From Hyaloraphidium curvatum SAG 235-1 (lineage: Eukaryota; Fungi; Monoblepharomycota), in assembly GCA_025558095.1 (NCBI GenBank), contig JAIVFI010000012.1, forward strand, positions 372,001-436,000: 64,000 bases of DNA. Direction: 5' to 3'. This document shows positions 58,070-64,000 of this stretch, one piece after another. The position numbers and the translations under genes were made by a program. The first letter of the stretch is position 1, and each line of letters begins with the position of its first letter. Below the pieces are notes generated by a model. It had not been told where the DNA came from, ran no database searches, and worked only from the letters and a program-made list of their open reading frames with translations.

Positions 58070-61000
58070 ATGGAGGGGACGCAGTTTTCCAGCGTGCTCC
58101 GGTTCTACTTGAACGGCCAACGCGTGGTTCTGGACGGCGACTCTGTCGACCCGGACACGACGCTTCTCACCTATCTTCGCGGAATCGGCCTGACGGGGAC
58201 GAAGCTGGGATGCGGGGAAGGCGGCTGCGGGGCATGCACGGGTAGGATTGACCGATGACTCGTCCTAGTCGCGGCAAATGCTCACGAGACGGCGTCGGAT
58301 CAGTCGTGCTGCAAAGCCGGAACCCCGCGACGGGAAAGATAGAGTGGGTACCTACCTCGCTCGATCTTCGACGCAACTAACGCTCATTGATTCAGGCACC
58401 GCGCAATCAATGCCTGCCTGGCTCCCCTCGTGTCCGGTACGACGAAGTTCGGTCTCTTCGCTATCTCGTCCTCATCGACCCCTGTTTCCTTCAGTTGACG
58501 GCCGACATGTCATCACCATTGAAGGTAATTGCCGCTGGCCAACGATCCAAGCGAACTCGCGTGCTGAACGGTCCGCCAGCCCTGGGCAACTCCGAGAACC
58601 CTCACCCGCTCCAGGAGCGCATGTGGAAGCTCTCGGGCTCACAGTGCGGCTTCTGCACCCCCGGTATCGTGATGAACGTTTACGCCCTTCTCCGTGAGGC
58701 CGCCTACCGCGGGGCGCTCACCGTCGAGGACATAGAGCTGGAGGGCGCGCTGGACGGCAACCTGTGCCGCTGGTGGGTCGAGCGACGTATCCGGCACCGC
58801 GTCGAATTAATTCCCTCTTTTCAGCACCGGCTACGCTCCCATCTTCGCAGCCGTGAAGAGCTTCGTGGGATCTTACTTGTCCAAGGTCTCGCCGACGGCA
58901 AACGGCGACAGTGGGCGGGACGCCGAAGTCGAACTGCCGTTCAACTACGAAGCTGCGGGTCTGCTGTCCGAAAAGCCGGCAGCCGCTCAGTGTTGCACCC
59001 ACGACCAGCCAGTCAACGGAGCCCATGAATCTGCCCCGGCTGCCGGGAAAGGCTGTGGCCGATCGGACTGCTGTCAGCTCAATGGCGGGTTAAACGGCAC
59101 GGCGGAAAGCGCGGCACCCAAGCGCGCGTTTCCTCTCTTCGAGTTCAAGCCTTATCGACCTGGCACCGAGTTGATCTTCCCGCCTGCTTTGATGACGCAC
59201 AAGCTGGAGCCGCTCAAATTCGGTTCCAAATCTCGCCTATGGTACCGGCCGACGACTTTGGACCAGCTATTGGCCCTCAAGAAGGCTTTTCCGGACGCCA
59301 AGCTGGTTGGCGGCAGCTCGGAGATTGCCATCGAGGTCGGCATCTTGGGCCGAAAGTACCCGACGTGCATCTTCGTCGGCGATGTTCCGGAACTCCAGAG
59401 CGTGTCACCTGTGGTGTCCGGCTCGGACTCTCCGAACCTCACGTTCGGGGCGAATCTTCCCCTTTCCGACCTCGAGGAGCTTTGCAAGACGCTGTCGAAG
59501 GAGCTGCCTTCTAACCAGTCTGGGCCGGTGAAAGCCATTCGCGATCAGCTTCGGTAGGAGGCTGTGTGCTAGCCGATTGCTCTTCCTGACCACGGTCATG
59601 CAGGTACTTTGCGGGGCGCCAAGTGCGCAACGCCGCTTCCGTGGGCGGCAACATCGCTACGGCGTCGCCGATCTCGGACTTGAACCCGGTCTGGATCGCC
59701 ACCGGAGCCAAAGTGGTCGCAGCCAGTGCGGCGCAGGGCGAGTTTGAGCTCCCGGTCGATACCTTCTTCGTTGGCTACCGCAAGACCCAGCTGCCTTCGG
59801 ATGCGGTCATCGTCCGCGTTGTCGTACCGCTCAATGGCTCCCCGGAGCGTGAATACGTGCGAGCTTTCAAGCAGGCCAAGCGCAAAGATGACGATATCTC
59901 CATTGTGTGTTCCTGCATGTTCTTGAGGCTCGGTTCCGACAACGCGATTACGGCGGTTCGACTGGCTTTCGGCGGCATGGCGGCGATCACGGTGCAGGCC
60001 CCAAAGACGGAGGCGTTCCTGCTCGGTGAGATCGATGCGATGTCGTCCAAAGCTCGTGCTGACCGCCAGAAAAGGCAAACCGCTGACGTCCGAAACGGTC
60101 GAGGGCGCCATTGACGTTCTCAGCGGCGAGTTTGATCTGCCCCACGACGTTCCTGGAGGTGAGCAAACCGTTTCGATTGTCACGGCGGGTCTTGATTCCT
60201 CGGGCACAGGCATGGCATCGTATCGCCGCACTTTGGCGATGTCTTTCCTCTTCAGATTCTTTGCCTCTGCTGCAGAACAGTTCGGCATTCAGTTCGGATC
60301 CATGGGTGCCAATGTCGACGGCGATCTCACGGATTCGATCCACCGCAACATCAGCTCTTCGAGCCGCGATAACTCGGACCCGTATGCTCTTGCGACGTTG
60401 GGCCAGCAAATTCCTCACAGCTCGGGCTTAAAGCACGTCACCGGAGAGGGTAGGTTGCGTCGGCGTAGCAGGTTCACACTCCCCACCTAATGCTTCCGCA
60501 CAGCTGTCTACGTCGACGACATGCCGACGGTCGGCAACGAGGCATACTTGGCACTTGTTTTGTCGGACCGCGCTCACGCGAAGATTGTTTCGGTCGACCC
60601 CTCAGCTGCACTCGCGGAGGACGGCGTCATTTCTTACGTTGATCACCGGGACCTTGCTAGCCCAAAGGCAAACATCTGGGGGCCATCCGCCACGGCCATG
60701 GACGAGACCTTCTTCGCAGTCGACGAGGTCATCGCCCACGGGCAGATCATTGGCGCAATCGTCGCCAAGACGAAGATCATTGCCGTCAAAGCTGCGAGGC
60801 TGGTGAAGGTCCAGTACGAGGACTTGCCGTATATCTTGACGATCGAGGAGGTTCGGCAGTGTTGTCGGCGCGTGGCGTTCGCCAGTCTAAACGCAGATTA
60901 CTTCCGCCAGGCGATCGAGGCTCGGTCTTTCTTCCCCCAGTATGATCGCCGCATCGCGCGAGGCGACGAGATCGAGGAAGCCCTCGCGCGGTGCGACCAC

Positions 61001-63071
61001 GTCGTGGAGGGCTCGACACGTACAGGTGGCCAAGAGCACTTCTATCTGGAGACGAACGCGTGCCTCGTGGTACCTAAGCTGGAAGGCGGAGAGATGGAGG
61101 TCTTTTCCTCGACCCAGGCCCTGAATGACACACAAAAGTGGGTCGCACAGGTCACTGGCGTTCCGCGAAATCGCATCGTTGCGCGCGGGAAGCGTTTGGG
61201 AGGCGGCTTTGGCGGCAAAGAAAGCAGGACTGCAATGCTGGCGGCTGTCTGCGCTGTTGCGGCCAAGAAGCTGCGGCGACCGATCAGGTCAATGATGGAC
61301 CGCGACGTCGACATCCGGACCACGGGGCAGCGGCATCCTGTTCTTGCGGAGTGGAAGGTCGGGTTCACGAAAGAAGGGAAGCTGCAGGCGCTGCAGTGCA
61401 CGTGAGTCTCTGCACTTTAGCCAGTACTTCTCTGTGATGTGACGCAAAACCCTGCCAGAACCTACGTGAATGGTGGTTACTCAATTGACCTCTCCATCGG
61501 TGTCTGCGATCGGGCCCTCGCCCATCTGGACAACACGTACTACATCCCGCACTTTGACGCGCGAGGCAAGATATGCCGAACAAACACCGTCAGCAACACT
61601 GCATTCCGCGGGTTCGGCGGACCGCAGGGGATGTTCATCGCCGAGTCTTACATCGAGAAGATTGCGCACACGCTCAAGATGGACGTCGACCGCGTGCGCG
61701 AGATAAACCTGTATACCGAAGGACAGCGCACGCCGTTCCACCAGCAGGTGCTCGACTGGCATATCCCGCGCATGATCAAGGAATGCGCTGCCGAAAGCGA
61801 CTACGTGCGCCGCAAAGCCGAGGTGGCCGCGTTCAACAAGACGCACCGTTGGCGAAAGCGGGGGATCTGTCTTGTGCCGACCAAGTTCGGCCTTGCATTC
61901 GGCATCAAGTTTCTGAACCAGGCCGGTGCTCTCGTGCACATCTATACGGACGGATCGGTGCTCGTCGCTCACGGAGGAACAGAGAGTGAGGCTCCGGGAT
62001 CTTGGCTTCGCCGATCGGCGGCTGATCCTTCCTTCTGCCGCTGTTGTCAGTGGGTCAAGGACTGTACACCAAGTGCACCCAGATTGCCGCGCAAGAGCTC
62101 GGAGTGCCGCACGACTCGGTGTTTACCTCCGAATCTTCTACCAACACCGTTCCGAACACCGTTCCGACGGCTGCTTCGGCAGGCAGCGATTTGAATGGCT
62201 ATGCGGTGAGCATTGGTCCGTCGTGGTGTCGCGCTCGTCCTAATGTGGTTTTAGGTTTACAATGCGTGCAAAGAGTTGAATGAGCGCCTCAAGCCTTATC
62301 GTGAGAAGCTCGGACCGGACGCATCAATGGCTGCCCTCGCCTCTGCGGCTTTCATGGACCGCGTCAACCTGTCGGCGACCGGATTCTGGGGCCCGCCCGA
62401 GCTCGGATACGTCTGGCGCAGCTACGACGAAGGCGGGGGACGCGACGACGAGGGCAAGGTTGGTCCCCTGTTCATGTACTTCACTCAGGGCGTGGCGGCC
62501 AGTGAAGTCGAGGTGGACATCCTTACTGGAGACCACACGGTGCTCCGAACGGACATCAAGATGGATGTTGGAAAGAGCCTGAACCCAGCCATCGATTACG
62601 GGCAAATCGAAGGGGCGTTCGTGCAAGGGATGGGGTGGTCGACGATCGAAGAGTCTCTGTGGCTCAAGAACGGAGCCATCTTCACTGCCGGACCTGGAAC
62701 CTACAAGATCCCCGGTTTCGCGGACACGCCGCAACAGTTCCACGTGCGTTTGCTCAAGGGAGTCGAATGGCCGAACCTCAAGTCCATTCGCTCATCGAAA
62801 GGCATCGGAGTGGGTGCGGCCGCCGTACGAGCTGCGTTTCCCCGACTGACGTTGGCGATAGGAACCTCCGCTGTTCCTGGGGTGCTCCGTCGCGATCGCC
62901 ATCCGCGACGCCCTTCGATCGGCGCGCGCCGATGCCGGGATCGACGACGTCCAGGACTTCCGCCTTCCGCTCACTTCTGAGCGGATTCGGCTCGCGGCGG
63001 GCGACTTTTTGGCGCAGAAGGGCAAGGTGGAGGCGAAGGAGGGCCAGAAGGGTTGGTTCGTTCCGTTTTGA
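58070..63071 (+). CDS. hxA: Xanthine dehydrogenase
   Basis: [93 protein letters not shown] after splicing; more than 10 introns. Confidence 0.97.
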
Positions 63072-63257
63072 GCGGCTCGCACGCGGTCTGGAGGAGAGCT
63101 GTAGTAGCTGATTGAATGATCTGTCGCATTGCTGGACGGAATTGAAGATAGAAGGAAGAGGAACAGGGCCTCGGGAGTCATTTGCGCTTCAGCGTGCGTG
63201 GATGACGGGGTGTCCTGTCATCTTGTCACGCACCACTGCGGCAATCTTCCCTGAATC

Positions 63258-63656
63258 ATGGCGTCTCGCGCCAAGCTGAGCACTCATGTTCTTGACACGA
63301 CCCATGGCATTCCGGCTGCGAACATGCGGGTAGATTTGTACTCCGTGTCGACCTCGCAGGACGGATCGCGTTCCCTGAACCACGTCAAGACTGTGCGGAC
63401 AAACTCGGACGGTCGCAACGACGGAGGCCCGCTCCTGTCCGCGGAGGAGCTGCGCGTTGGCGAATTCGAGCTGCATTTCCACGTGGCGGAGTACTTTAGC
63501 GCTTATCGCGCGGCGCACGGGGAACCGGCACCCTCCGCTGGGGTCTCGTTCCTGAACATCGTACCTATCGCTTTCGGAATCCCGGACGCTTCGCAAGGGT
63601 ATCACGTGCCATTGCTGTGTTCGGAATGGTCCTACTCGACCTACCGCGGAAGCTAG
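63258..63656 (+). CDS. uraH: 5-hydroxyisourate hydrolase (transthyretin-like), intronless
   Basis: [26 protein letters not shown], terminal YSTYRGS signature. Confidence 0.96.
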   Translation: MASRAKLSTHVLDTTHGIPAANMRVDLYSVSTSQDGSRSLNHVKTVRTNSDGRNDGGPLLSAEELRVGEFELHFHVAEYFSAYRAAHGEPAPSAGVSFLNIVPIAFGIPDASQGYHVPLLCSEWSYSTYRGS

Positions 63657-63849
63657 ACCTAGGCTGGGCTGCCCCTCCGGATTCGGGGGGAAAACGGACT
63701 GATGCGCGGATGGGTCACGAGCTTTGCAGCGTACGATCTAGATGTAGTCTAATGGCAATGACATCCGCTGGACTTGCCCGGTCAGGTCGACGGGGGACGC
63801 GCGGGCAATCGTCATCGCCAGAACCGCGGCGGAGCGCACATCACCCGAC

Positions 63850-64000
63850 ATGGCAGGCAGGCTCGTCTTTATCGGTACGCGGATGACGCTATCCTCTATC
63901 CGCGCGGATCCTGACGCGTTCCGCGGGCAGGCGGCGGCAACATGGGGGGCGCCATCATCGGCGGCCTCCTCGCCCGCAAGGTGTACGGAGCGGACGACAT
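63850..64000 (+). CDS. Pyrroline-5-carboxylate reductase, 5' end (truncated by window)
   Basis: Spliced MAGRLVFIG-GGNMGGAIIGGLL (intron GTACGC..CTGAC..CAG near 63875-63930), the typical P5CR N-terminal motif. Confidence 0.75.
   Translation, partial: MAGRLVFIGTRMTLSSIRADPDAFRGQAAATWGAPSSAASSPARCTERTT

Noticed and set aside
63850-64000. P5C reductase as a cluster member
   Set aside because: Proline biosynthesis gene with no direct purine step. It probably marks the cluster edge, though further genes such as urease or allantoinase could lie beyond the window.

Overview
GC-rich, gene-dense eukaryotic DNA with many short (~48-80 nt) GT-AG introns. The gene content (sphingolipid C9-methyltransferase, fungal-type AzgA, WDR81, OFD1-like LisH protein) suggests an early-diverging fungus; this is inference. 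Four zones. (1) 1-14.6 kb and 34-41.6 kb: mostly housekeeping genes, plus an unusual soluble IRE1/RNase L-like pseudokinase-KEN gene. (2) 14.8-33.8 kb: a bacterial-looking glycan island with two GH172/DUF2961-like paralogs, GT4-like and GT2-like transferases, and a nucleotide-sugar dehydrogenase-epimerase fusion. (3) Inside that island, a ~7 kb segment (20942-27966) bounded by imperfect 28-bp inverted repeats. It carries an intron-containing Fanzor1 (eukaryotic TnpB-like RNA-guided nuclease) with an intact RuvC triad, a structured candidate omegaRNA behind it, and an apparent spliced N-terminal multi-pass membrane extension. (4) 42.1-63.7 kb: a contiguous, apparently complete purine-catabolism cluster (AzgA permease, MATE, guanine deaminase, xanthine dehydrogenase, Moco sulfurase, FAD monooxygenase in place of uricase, HIU hydrolase, ureidoglycolate lyase). 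It includes an intronless triple fusion OHCU decarboxylase / beta-lactamase-like serine hydrolase / allantoicase. No canonical allantoinase is in the window, and the beta-lactamase-like domain sits exactly at that missing step, making it a candidate new class of allantoinase. All calls come from motif recognition by eye; no database searches were run and exon boundaries are manual.
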